In this document: positions 26,829 to 36,047 of the stretch, piece after piece
Layout: the number at the start of each line of letters is the position of its first letter
Position numbering within the stretch: position 1 is the stretch's first letter
Source: a virus
Length of the DNA: 64,000 nt
Virus record (IMG/VR): IMGVR_UViG_3300020419_000005
Reading direction: 5' to 3' (one strand)
Translations under genes and position numbers: made by a program
The notes under the pieces: model-generated
What the model saw: only the letters and a program-made list of their open reading frames with translations
The model's database searches: none
Told to the model about the DNA's origin: nothing

Positions 26829-26994
26829 TAGGTGTTTCCTCTGGTTCGTTCAGAAAGTTTTTAGCAATTTCTGTTTTTTGCTTTTCTAAAGCAGCAACAG
26901 TCATTGTATTCATCGCGTCATTAACTTCTGTACTGACATCTTTTGATCCAGAAAAAAGTTTATTGACGATTTCCATAGCTCCAATGCTAGGCAT
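26803..26994 (-). CDS. small prohead-core-like protein (gp67/68 position)
   Basis: Lies between gp20 and gp21, acidic tail, CTAAATA at 27022-27016. Confidence 0.65.
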   Translation of the reverse strand: MPSIGAMEIVNKLFSGSKDVSTEVNDAMNTMTVAALEKQKTEIAKNFLNEPEETPNETDNGEG

Positions 26995-27018
26995 AATTAA
27001 TTCCTCAATTAATACTAT

Positions 27019-28647
27019 TTAGAATTCTCCGCGTTTATAGTCTTGCGGAGCGACTGCCTCGACACCTGTTGAGGTAATATCCTCAGTAGGTTCTTCCATT
27101 GGTTGCTCCATTCCACCACCTGCAATGGGTTCACCAGTAACAGGATCGATTGAAGCAGGGTCTGGAAGTTGACCACTTGCGATTTCTTTTTTGATTGCCT
27201 TATCAATCTCCTTAATCTCACTGTCAGACTGACGTAAGATCTTGCGACGTATGTGCTCAACAGAGAAGTAACGACCCGCAAAAGGATCCATAACATTAAC
27301 AAGATTCAATCTTTCGTTAAGAATTTCTTGATCTTTTAGTTCACTGAAGTAATTATCAGCAACGAAATCATACTGTATGTGTTCTGACATATCATCCCAC
27401 TCTTCAATGGAGATAATACCTTTAAGAACTAATTGAGTTTTTAGTAAATCGTGGAAAAGTTCTGAGAACTTCTTGCGGAGACGTGTAACAAACTTTTGAA
27501 ATTTAACTTCGTCACGTGTAATCTCAGCAGCACGACCTAAGTTGAATGTAGAATCAGACTCTAATCTAGACTCTGGTACATTCAATGCACGGTAGAGTTT
27601 CTTTTGGAAGTATTTGACATCCTCAAGTTCTCCAAGATTTTGTCCACCTGGGAGCGTAGTGATCTCAGTACCTCGTCCTCCTTCTCTTCTGGGCAACCAG
27701 AAGTCTTCGAGCATTGACATAAATTTTCTGTCATCTCTAATTTCTCCTGTATCAGCATTGTAAACTAATTTATTTCTATAGCGACTCATAACCTCACGGA
27801 GGTATTGTTCCGCTTTTTGTTTTGGTAGATTACCTACATCAATGTAGAATATTCTACGTTCTGGTGCTCTTGATAATCTATAGATCACAAGACTATCTTC
27901 AATCATCCTAAGTTGATTGAGTGCTTTGATTGCTTTATGTAGATGTGACATAATCACATTCTTATTCATATCTTTTAAACCACTATGGCAAAAAGATATT
28001 GCATCAGAAGCAATCTTAATTCCTGTAGTTTCAAGACCACGTAAACCTTTCTGATTATACACATAGTATTCTGCTGACCTAGGTGCAGTCAGTGCTTCCA
28101 TTGTGCGTGGATCTACGAATTGTCTATCTTTCTTTGCTTCAAATTCTATTACTTTACGGATCTTACGAGGGTCTATGTACCTTAATTCCGTAATACCACG
28201 ACGAGGATTCTTAGTATCAATGACCTTGTGGTAGTATAATTTGCCATCTATATACCATCTGCGGAATATATCGTATGCTTTCTTATCAAAATCTAATAGT
28301 CTGAGTACGTTATGAAACTCATCCCGTATCTTTTTTCTGATGTTTGAACTAACGTCTAAGTTAGCAAGGTCTACATCAACAGGACTATCATCCCTGTCAC
28401 CTGCAATCGCTTCATTGACAACATCATCCACTGCCCTATCACACTCTGGGTGAATGGACATCTCTCTATATCGTCTAATTAAATCTGATTCGTCTTTGTA
28501 ACTACCATCTAGATCAATAGCGGTTCCAAAATAACCACCACCTGCTACTGGTGTTGCTGCATCATCAGATTCTTTACGCACAAAAGAAGGACCAGAGTTC
28601 TGACCCTTCTTCGCACGCTCAAGAGAATAACCAAAAAGTTGAGACAT
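27019..28647 (-). CDS. 20: portal vertex protein gp20
   Basis: WYIDG, RAPERRIFYIDVGNLP, EDFWLPRREGGRGTEI. Confidence 0.99.
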   Translation of the reverse strand: MSQLFGYSLERAKKGQNSGPSFVRKESDDAATPVAGGGYFGTAIDLDGSYKDESDLIRRYREMSIHPECDRAVDDVVNEAIAGDRDDSPVDVDLANLDVSSNIRKKIRDEFHNVLRLLDFDKKAYDIFRRWYIDGKLYYHKVIDTKNPRRGITELRYIDPRKIRKVIEFEAKKDRQFVDPRTMEALTAPRSAEYYVYNQKGLRGLETTGIKIASDAISFCHSGLKDMNKNVIMSHLHKAIKALNQLRMIEDSLVIYRLSRAPERRIFYIDVGNLPKQKAEQYLREVMSRYRNKLVYNADTGEIRDDRKFMSMLEDFWLPRREGGRGTEITTLPGGQNLGELEDVKYFQKKLYRALNVPESRLESDSTFNLGRAAEITRDEVKFQKFVTRLRKKFSELFHDLLKTQLVLKGIISIEEWDDMSEHIQYDFVADNYFSELKDQEILNERLNLVNVMDPFAGRYFSVEHIRRKILRQSDSEIKEIDKAIKKEIASGQLPDPASIDPVTGEPIAGGGMEQPMEEPTEDITSTGVEAVAPQDYKRGEF

Positions 28648-28671
28648 TTACTATTACTGTTCTTACATCTA

Positions 28672-28678
28672 TATTTAG
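28672..28678 (-). promoter_or_regulatory. late promoter variant CTAAATA
   Basis: About 25 nt upstream of gp20. Confidence 0.55.
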
Positions 28679-28698
28679 CAAGGTAAGAAACCGCCTTT

Positions 28699-29370
28699 TT
28701 AAGACTGGTTTCCGCTATCTACGTCTGTATCGTATGTCCAGTATTGTACTTGGAACTCTACAGTGTACTCTTCTGGAGTGTCATTTGTTCCCCAGTCAAG
28801 TTCGATAGCACTGATGTTACTTGGCCAAATACCTTCAAACCTATAAGTTCTAATGATGTTACCTTTACGGTCCATCTGACGAACTTTTGCTACAGACTGA
28901 TAGTCTGCAATAGTATTTGAGTTCTGAAAGTTTTGCTGTAGTGCTTGGATATTAGAAGACCACGCCTCGAAGAATGCTCTGAACTTAAATGATTGATCAT
29001 TAAGTACAGTCACTGTCCAAGGTTCAAAGGTTCTATCCCCTGCAATTTTAAGTTGTCTTCCTCTGTAAGGTACGTTAACAACTCCTACAACAGATGCAGG
29101 AATGTTTGCTGCCTTAACAAGGAATGTACCGAAAGCATTTGCTCCCGCTGCATTTAATTGGGATTCACCTGCTAATGTTTCTAGAACATTTGCTGCTGAT
29201 CCTGTTACTCCACCAGGTTGAGGTACTACGCTTTGTTGTAGTACAGGAGGTGCAAAGACCTCTACCTGGAACAGATTAGGACGTGCAAAGTCCTTTACGT
29301 TATCTCGGAAGGTAAAAATAGGTGCCTTTATATTTGCTCCTTGTACCTGTCCTGGTTGTGCTTCTGCCAT
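28699..29370 (-). CDS. 19: tail tube protein gp19
   Basis: ARPNLF, KIAGDRTFEPWTVTV, WPSNISAIEL. Confidence 0.96.
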   Translation of the reverse strand: MAEAQPGQVQGANIKAPIFTFRDNVKDFARPNLFQVEVFAPPVLQQSVVPQPGGVTGSAANVLETLAGESQLNAAGANAFGTFLVKAANIPASVVGVVNVPYRGRQLKIAGDRTFEPWTVTVLNDQSFKFRAFFEAWSSNIQALQQNFQNSNTIADYQSVAKVRQMDRKGNIIRTYRFEGIWPSNISAIELDWGTNDTPEEYTVEFQVQYWTYDTDVDSGNQS

Positions 29371-29386
29371 TTGTTTAGTCTCTTGA

Positions 29387-32170
29387 TTAAGATGTTACTT
29401 CAGAGAAACTAGAACCAGTTCTAGTTGCAGTGAAGGTAAGTGTGATGAAGTTAATAGATCTAGTAGGTTTCACGAAGATCTCCGCGAAGAACTCTCCTCT
29501 ATCTATTGCTTCAGATGGGTTATTGCTCGTATCGCACACGACCAAGAAATCAACGATTCCGCGACGAGATTGTATGGAACGCAAGAATGGTTCTACAATG
29601 TTCTTGAATGAAGAACGTGTAAACTCATCATTGAGTTCAAAGAGTTGTGTTTTTGCTGCATTGGCGATAGCATCTTCTAACACAAGGAACAGACGACGAA
29701 CGTTAATTCTATCGAATGCTGATTGATATGAAAGTGCAGTCTTATCACCAAATAACACTATGCCTTGTCCAGGGAATGAAACCACTGGGTTAACACGTGC
29801 AGCATAGAGTTTATCTCTATGATCCTTAAGAGGTGAGTATGCAAGTTTGATTGCGTTACGTAACTGTCCTCTATTAAATCCTGCGGGTGAGAACCACGCT
29901 TCTGAATTTAATGTTGCACCTAGTACTAGACCTGCAACGTCAGCGTTACAAGGAATGTAGCGGTACTTATCATTGTACTTATCGTAGATATACTTGTAGT
30001 TGTTATCAAATACAGCATATGATGTTGAACTTAACTTACCGTACATATCGATAGTCTTGTTAACAATCACGTTTGTATCTGATTGTCCAATTACATCTCC
30101 GCGTGATGGGGAGACGAAAGCGATACAATCTTTACGAGTTGCAGCAATGTCAATGATCTTCTGTGCTTTAGCAACAGTATCATTTGCATTTGCCATTGAA
30201 GGACCCATTAAGATGTAATCTACATCAACTGTTTCCTTATCTCCTATAAGATCATATCCTCCGAGAATATCGGAACGAGCAACTGTATATCCGTCAACAC
30301 CACCTTGTAGTGTGTACTTAACAGTAGGACCGTCTGTTGTACCAATGATCTCACGACCAAGGTTTGTTTCTTTATCTTTAATAGGTGAAGTATATTTGAT
30401 AAGATCAAATGAGCGAGATACACCTGTTAAACCAAAACTACCATTAGCAGCACTGTCAACATCCATAACTGATGATCCTTCGTGAGATCCCCAGTAAACA
30501 AATGCAGAGTTTGATTTAATTACGTCTGAATAGTAAAGTGTTTCGCCTTGTACACCCTTAGCGTCTGATGCTTTAGATACAAACAAGAATTTCTCAAGGA
30601 CTGATCCAGGAGTTCCTGTTAGTTTTCCGTCTCCATCAAGGATAAGAATGTGCATTTGGTCATTATCACCACCACGATCTTGTACCCAAGGAGAAGTTGT
30701 AGGACGTGGTGCAATATTGATCCACTTCTGTTCTCCACCGTAGTAACGCTCTTCGTAGTCTGAACGTACACTTAGGATTTGAATTGTTGTTGAGTTGTCA
30801 TCTTCTATAGTGTAGTTTGCTGCAAAGTCAGATGCTGATGCTGCGTTAACAACACGTAACTGACGTTCAACACTTGCTACGACTGCTTTATCTCCAGTTC
30901 TAGAACCACCAGATGCAGCATCCCATAGAGCAACAACATCACCGATCTCAAGAACAGTAGATGACTGGGCGTAGTCTACGCTAAGTTCAATCTTTCTTGA
31001 TACAGGATCGTATGCTACAACTTGACCAAGAACGTCAATAGATGATGGAGATGAAGCATTAGTTTCTGCTCTCCAGTATTCATTCTTATTGAAGTCACCG
31101 TTGATTGTAGTAGCATCAAATGTTACCACCATTGTGTATGAGAAAATCTTACCAGAAGAGTTGCCCAAAGGATAGGTTACATTTGTACTGTTTGAAATCT
31201 TAGTTCTGAAATCCCATTCAGCAGATGTTGGTTGTGCAAGTGATAAGATTTGGTCTGGACCTGCATCAGTCATTACTACTCTTAATGAGTTACCATAGAT
31301 TCCAGGGAATCTTGAACCCCATTTCCAAGCATTAGATGCTGTCTCTACACTTGTTTCATACTGCTCAAGGTTCTTGATAAGAGGTGCAGTAACACCAGTA
31401 GATGTTTCTTCGTTAATAGTTGTCTTGCTAACTGTAACTGTTAAGCGACTAACAGCAACTCCATCTGTATGAGATGAAGCAGTTGTGCTTAGTTCTCCAC
31501 GTGTTACGGTTAAGTCGTTTCCAACGATTGCACTGACACGTACGATTTCATCTTCTATCTTGATGTAATCGTTTAACTGTACACCAAGTGTACCTGCATC
31601 AGCAACTGTAACTGTTGTATCAGATGAACTAAGTGTTCCACCCTCATTTAAAGTTGTTGCTGTTCCTGCTGCCTCTATCAATGTAATAGAAGATCCCGCA
31701 GCGTGTGAAGTTGCAGCAGATGCTAACTGTCCACGTAGAACTGTTAGGTCTGTACTGTTAACAGCAGTGACTTGTAGTATTTCAGCGTCGATTAGTAAGT
31801 AATCGTTTTGTGAAATGTCTGTTGAAGATGTAACTGTAAGAGTTGTATCCGCAGCAGAGAAAGTAGTCAGCGTTGTTTGTGCTGTGTCAATCGCGTTTTT
31901 AAGTGCACTTGCTTCTGCTCTTATGACTTTTAATGTACCGCCATAGAGTAAGAACTGTGCTGCACTGTACCAGTATTCGTAGTTATAATCATTAGGTCTT
32001 CCAAATGTAGAAAGTAATTCTTTCTCACTTGTAATATCAACTATCTTGTTGACAGGACCCTTTTCAAAGGAACCGACTATCACTGCCACATTATCTAGAG
32101 TTGCATTTGCAACTGTTGTCAGATCCTTTTCAAGTACGACAACCCCTGGTGAAAGTTGGGTGGATGCCAT
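29387..32170 (-). CDS. 18: tail sheath protein gp18 with inserted domains
   Basis: SPGVVV.EKD, WFSPAG.NRG, FDRINVRRLF, KPTRSINFI; 927 aa. Confidence 0.97.
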   Translation of the reverse strand: MASTQLSPGVVVLEKDLTTVANATLDNVAVIVGSFEKGPVNKIVDITSEKELLSTFGRPNDYNYEYWYSAAQFLLYGGTLKVIRAEASALKNAIDTAQTTLTTFSAADTTLTVTSSTDISQNDYLLIDAEILQVTAVNSTDLTVLRGQLASAATSHAAGSSITLIEAAGTATTLNEGGTLSSSDTTVTVADAGTLGVQLNDYIKIEDEIVRVSAIVGNDLTVTRGELSTTASSHTDGVAVSRLTVTVSKTTINEETSTGVTAPLIKNLEQYETSVETASNAWKWGSRFPGIYGNSLRVVMTDAGPDQILSLAQPTSAEWDFRTKISNSTNVTYPLGNSSGKIFSYTMVVTFDATTINGDFNKNEYWRAETNASSPSSIDVLGQVVAYDPVSRKIELSVDYAQSSTVLEIGDVVALWDAASGGSRTGDKAVVASVERQLRVVNAASASDFAANYTIEDDNSTTIQILSVRSDYEERYYGGEQKWINIAPRPTTSPWVQDRGGDNDQMHILILDGDGKLTGTPGSVLEKFLFVSKASDAKGVQGETLYYSDVIKSNSAFVYWGSHEGSSVMDVDSAANGSFGLTGVSRSFDLIKYTSPIKDKETNLGREIIGTTDGPTVKYTLQGGVDGYTVARSDILGGYDLIGDKETVDVDYILMGPSMANANDTVAKAQKIIDIAATRKDCIAFVSPSRGDVIGQSDTNVIVNKTIDMYGKLSSTSYAVFDNNYKYIYDKYNDKYRYIPCNADVAGLVLGATLNSEAWFSPAGFNRGQLRNAIKLAYSPLKDHRDKLYAARVNPVVSFPGQGIVLFGDKTALSYQSAFDRINVRRLFLVLEDAIANAAKTQLFELNDEFTRSSFKNIVEPFLRSIQSRRGIVDFLVVCDTSNNPSEAIDRGEFFAEIFVKPTRSINFITLTFTATRTGSSFSEVTS

Positions 32171-32212
32171 TGTTTAATTCTCCTTGAAAAATGCTTCCAA
32201 TTTTACTAGAAT

Positions 32213-32220
32213 TATTTATT
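32213..32220 (-). promoter_or_regulatory. late promoter variant AATAAATA
   Basis: Upstream of gp18 and its AGGAG. Confidence 0.6.
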
Positions 32221-32260
32221 AATACCGATCTTTCTGATGGGGAAACAAAACGTGAACTAT

Positions 32261-32491
32261 CTACCAGTCAGGATAGTGAGATAATTTAATAGTTTTTTTA
32301 TTCCTTCTACCTACCTGTACACGTTTTTTTGTACATTCTTTACATTCATATGCGTATGCAGATGGAAAGTTACCTCTGTCCTTTCTAGTTTTATAAAAGT
32401 CTGCTATTAAATTCTTAGTTACTAAACATTTTCTACATCGCCTATCTACAAATAACAGGTGCTCTAATTCTAATTCATCTTCGAGGTTCAT
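32261..32491 (-). CDS. small zinc-finger protein
   Basis: CRKC...FY...YECKEC...YPDW. Confidence 0.75.
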   Translation of the reverse strand: MNLEDELELEHLLFVDRRCRKCLVTKNLIADFYKTRKDRGNFPSAYAYECKECTKKRVQVGRRNKKTIKLSHYPDW

Positions 32492-34149
32492 CCTAGTGAA
32501 TTCCTATACTCCCACATAAAGGATGTTTCACCATAAGGATCAGCATTCCATACATTACCGTCATCATCCACATATGTTGTATCGTCCATACCATTATCAA
32601 CAAACCCAAACGGAGCCATATCTGCTTCTATTGCTTCTCTTTGTTCTTCAAACATCTGAACACGTACATCATTATCGTGTAGTTCTTTGAAATATGGTTG
32701 CACTGCTAACCAAGCAAACATAACAAGACACATAGCAAGGTCATCGTTACATCCTTCTTCTGCTTGCCAAGATGAACCTTTCTGAATAAAAGTAGTTAGT
32801 TCTGATATAATATCATAATCACATAAGAGCATCTTATCATCTTCTATTAATTGTTTTAAGTTAGAACATCCAACCTTCTTAACAGCAGTAGACATCTTAA
32901 CACCTAGTTGAACTTTACCACCAGAGAATCCCTGTCCTATTACCTGTCCTGCTCTACCACGCATAGCAGACATCAATACATTATCATACTCAAGATCATA
33001 CTGAAGTATGTCTGCAACCTGTGCTCCTACATCATTTACTTCTACTAAAACATATGCGTGGTTGTATGCGTTTGCTGTTTGAGATATAATATCTGGAAAC
33101 AAAAGGGGTTTAACTGTATTATTTCTATACTTAGCAACTAATTTATACGGAACTTCGGTAGTATCAAATAGACAGAACGCAGAATAATCTCCATCAACTC
33201 CGCGTGCTACGTCAACAGTCATTGTATATGAGTGACCTTTAATTGGATCTTCGTAAATATCTAGTCCCTTACTAGCGTGTAAGGCATCCTCATAAACCAT
33301 CAATCTTAATTTACTTGCGGAAATTAGTGTATCCACAGATCCTAGAAACTCACATTCAAACTCAACTCTGAACTGTGCTTCCGATGTGTTTGCTATAGTT
33401 TGCTCTTTCCACTTTGCATCTCTACCTGGAACTTGTGACCAGTGCACTTCTGTATTAATATATTCGTTCTTATTTCTTTCAGCATCGTGCCATATCTTAT
33501 AATACATATTCATCCCGTGAGGGGTAGATATGATAATAACTTTGGTATTTTTACCAGATGAGATAGTAGGATAAACAGAAGCAAAGAACTGTTCAGCAAT
33601 ATTATTCGGAACGAACGCAAACTCATCAAGGAAGATAATATTAAAGGACATCCCACGAACAGCAGAAGCAGAAGTAGATGAAGCAAGGAGACGAGATCCG
33701 TTCTCCAATTCGACTGACCCCTTGTTCCAACCAACAATACCCTGCTGCATCCATTTAGGAAGGTTCTCATAAGATAACTGTAAGCGTCCCAACATTTCTC
33801 TAGCAGTCGGGGCTTTGTTTGCGAGGATTGCGACATTGACATTATCGTTGAATATTACATACCATAAAAGATATGATGTTACAATGGTTGATTTACCAGA
33901 CTGACGTGGCAACTTTGCTATATTAAATCTATTCTCGTGAAAACTATGTACCATCTCCTCTTGGAAATCGTACATATTAAAAGGTATAACACCTTCATCT
34001 AGAGATACAATCTTAATATAGTTACGAATAAAATATGCAGGATTTTTACTACACTTAATAAACTCTCCAACTTGTTCTGGGGTGAAGTGAGTTGGTACGT
34101 TTGCCTTCTTAAGGTTTGGATTACCTAAGTATATTTGATTTTCTGCCAT
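32488..34149 (-). CDS. 17: terminase large subunit gp17
   Basis: YLGNPNLK, PRQSGKS, FLDEFAF, DVARG, NDDL. Confidence 0.98.
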   Translation of the reverse strand: MAENQIYLGNPNLKKANVPTHFTPEQVGEFIKCSKNPAYFIRNYIKIVSLDEGVIPFNMYDFQEEMVHSFHENRFNIAKLPRQSGKSTIVTSYLLWYVIFNDNVNVAILANKAPTAREMLGRLQLSYENLPKWMQQGIVGWNKGSVELENGSRLLASSTSASAVRGMSFNIIFLDEFAFVPNNIAEQFFASVYPTISSGKNTKVIIISTPHGMNMYYKIWHDAERNKNEYINTEVHWSQVPGRDAKWKEQTIANTSEAQFRVEFECEFLGSVDTLISASKLRLMVYEDALHASKGLDIYEDPIKGHSYTMTVDVARGVDGDYSAFCLFDTTEVPYKLVAKYRNNTVKPLLFPDIISQTANAYNHAYVLVEVNDVGAQVADILQYDLEYDNVLMSAMRGRAGQVIGQGFSGGKVQLGVKMSTAVKKVGCSNLKQLIEDDKMLLCDYDIISELTTFIQKGSSWQAEEGCNDDLAMCLVMFAWLAVQPYFKELHDNDVRVQMFEEQREAIEADMAPFGFVDNGMDDTTYVDDDGNVWNADPYGETSFMWEYRNSLG

Positions 34150-34841
34150 TAATTCTTACTCCAAGGTTTGTCAAATAAGACATTGTTTATATATTTATCT
34201 GCCCACTCGGTATTAAACCACTGTGATAATACTGCTTTAGTTTTTTTATTCTTTCTTTGGGATATACAATACCAAGTTTGATCATCCAATCTTTTCATTG
34301 TAGGTATCCAATGTGAGTGTGGGTCTTTCTTTCCTACCTTTACAGCATCACAATATATTTTTAAATACTCTTTAACTACATTGAAGTAATCATCTCTTGC
34401 TTCTTGATCTTTCAATCTAGCAAATTTACAGTGAGGTGAAAAGATCGACTCTGCCCATAAAGGCAAAGGTCTCTCATCTTTAAAATTATATTTTTTACTA
34501 ACTACAGAGAGTTGATCGTCGAGATCCATCCCGTGTACAGGAGACACATCGACAATAGCAGCAGTAATAGTTGTAGGCGTTTGGATAATGTCACAACCAA
34601 AAATAGGTAAAGAATATTCTGGATCTGGATAGAAGACACAATGAATAATTTCTATCTTGTCAGTATTCGCTCTTTCTAGATGTAATTTCCTTACTCCTTT
34701 ACATTTCCACATCTCATTGTGTATAGTCACTTTCTCGTGCTTTATTACACTATGGTCTGTTTCCTTGATCTGAAGATCAGGCAAGTCATCAATACTCGTA
34801 CGAATTAGATCCGCTAACGCATCACAAAGATTTTCTGTCAC
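34149..34841 (-). CDS. pcyA: ferredoxin-dependent bilin reductase, PcyA-like
   Basis: RKLHLE, HCVFYPDPEY.LPIFGCD, AAIVDVSP, RPLP.W..IFS, Q..YC..Q.KN.KT..VL; GTG start. Confidence 0.88.
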   Translation of the reverse strand: MTENLCDALADLIRTSIDDLPDLQIKETDHSVIKHEKVTIHNEMWKCKGVRKLHLERANTDKIEIIHCVFYPDPEYSLPIFGCDIIQTPTTITAAIVDVSPVHGMDLDDQLSVVSKKYNFKDERPLPLWAESIFSPHCKFARLKDQEARDDYFNVVKEYLKIYCDAVKVGKKDPHSHWIPTMKRLDDQTWYCISQRKNKKTKAVLSQWFNTEWADKYINNVLFDKPWSKN

Positions 34842-34843
34842 AG

Positions 34844-35308
34844 TTAACCTGCTACAAGTGTGCCAAATGATCTACGTATCTCACGTAGTTCCTCAAAGTT
34901 TTTTTGTTTTGTTCCACCGTCATATGCCCAAGCATATCCTTCGGTTATCATTTGTTCGTTGAGCGATACTTCAGCATCACCAATATATAACCAACCAAGC
35001 AAACGCCCATACTTACCCATCCCGCCTTTGAGTTCAGTTCGTATAGTAAGTTCAGACTCTCCATCAATAGCACCCTCTAATTTTTCTTTCATCCAATTAG
35101 TAGCATCTATACCCAACGCTTTCTCTTCTAAGTCACGAGTGCGTTTCTCAGGAGTATCGACTCCTGCTATTCTCACCCTTTCTTTTTTGTATAGATCAAA
35201 ACCTAGATCAATAGTAACATCGATAGTGTCACCATCAACTACTCGGTTTATCTCCGTCACTCGGAAGTTGTAGCAACTCTTCCTGCTTGGTGGAACCATT
35301 GCTCCCAT
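34844..35308 (-). CDS. thermonuclease (SNase-like) family protein
   Basis: RVVDGDTID, RIAGVDTPE, GKYGRLLG, Y.GG. Confidence 0.9.
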   Translation of the reverse strand: MGAMVPPSRKSCYNFRVTEINRVVDGDTIDVTIDLGFDLYKKERVRIAGVDTPEKRTRDLEEKALGIDATNWMKEKLEGAIDGESELTIRTELKGGMGKYGRLLGWLYIGDAEVSLNEQMITEGYAWAYDGGTKQKNFEELREIRRSFGTLVAG

Positions 35309-35408
35309 CGTTCATCTCCATAAATGCCATCCTTAGTATATAGACGATATACCAAGTAACTAATACAACAAGTATTCCTACCATCCAGATGACACCCCAG
35401 ACAACCAT
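35235..35408 (-). CDS. small single-TM protein (57 aa)
   Basis: Manual translation MVVWGVIWMVGILVVLVTWYIVYILRMAF...; start overlaps the upstream stop. Confidence 0.6.
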   Translation of the reverse strand: MVVWGVIWMVGILVVLVTWYIVYILRMAFMEMNDGSNGSTKQEELLQLPSDGDKPSS

Positions 35409-36025
35409 TAGTTTTGATTATGTATTATAGTATGATTTCCATACCACTGACCGTGTAATGGAAACTCACCAGTTTTGTTTATAGTTACATTGAACCCTAT
35501 AGAGTACTTTTGATCTAAAGATTGGTTCTGTGTTGTAGAATGTTCTAACCAAGATGGAAATAGTATTAGAGTATTAGGGAATGTTTCTACTGCCATCTCT
35601 TTATATGTACCATAACAATCCATTCTTGCCTGTACAAGTGGACTATGAAAATTAATTAGACCTTGTTCTGGACTTGTCTTATGGTAATAACATCCTGATA
35701 ACTCAAATCCAGGGTGCATATGTTGATTCTGATTAGAACCTTTAGGATATATATTCAACCACGACTCAGGTATCTTCCAATTAGTATGACCAATATAATG
35801 ATTGATACACTCTGCCATATAAGATTCTAGATTAGGTAATTCATATGAACACAAAAAATCCCTCCAATGATCTTGCTTGGAAGGATCGTCTCCAAAATGG
35901 AGAACTAATTGCTCTTTCTCTTGTACTTCACTTATAACATTATCCAACTCAGTTTCTATATCAGAGTCATCGTGTCTGAATCTTAGAACTGTAGATGGAA
36001 ATAAATCAATAACGTCAGGTTGCAT
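35408..36025 (-). CDS. putative 2OG-Fe(II) oxygenase (TIGR02466-like)
   Basis: SWLNIY..HMHP..LSGCYY, FPSWLEHS, KYSIGFN. Confidence 0.85.
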   Translation of the reverse strand: MQPDVIDLFPSTVLRFRHDDSDIETELDNVISEVQEKEQLVLHFGDDPSKQDHWRDFLCSYELPNLESYMAECINHYIGHTNWKIPESWLNIYPKGSNQNQHMHPGFELSGCYYHKTSPEQGLINFHSPLVQARMDCYGTYKEMAVETFPNTLILFPSWLEHSTTQNQSLDQKYSIGFNVTINKTGEFPLHGQWYGNHTIIHNQN

Positions 36026-36047
36026 AATAAAGTTTCTGTTACACTAT

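Noticed and set aside
32261-32491. Homing endonuclease next to gp17
   Set aside because: Only 76 aa with a Zn finger; no HNH or GIY-YIG catalytic core. No intron or intein evident in gp17, uvsW or gp46.
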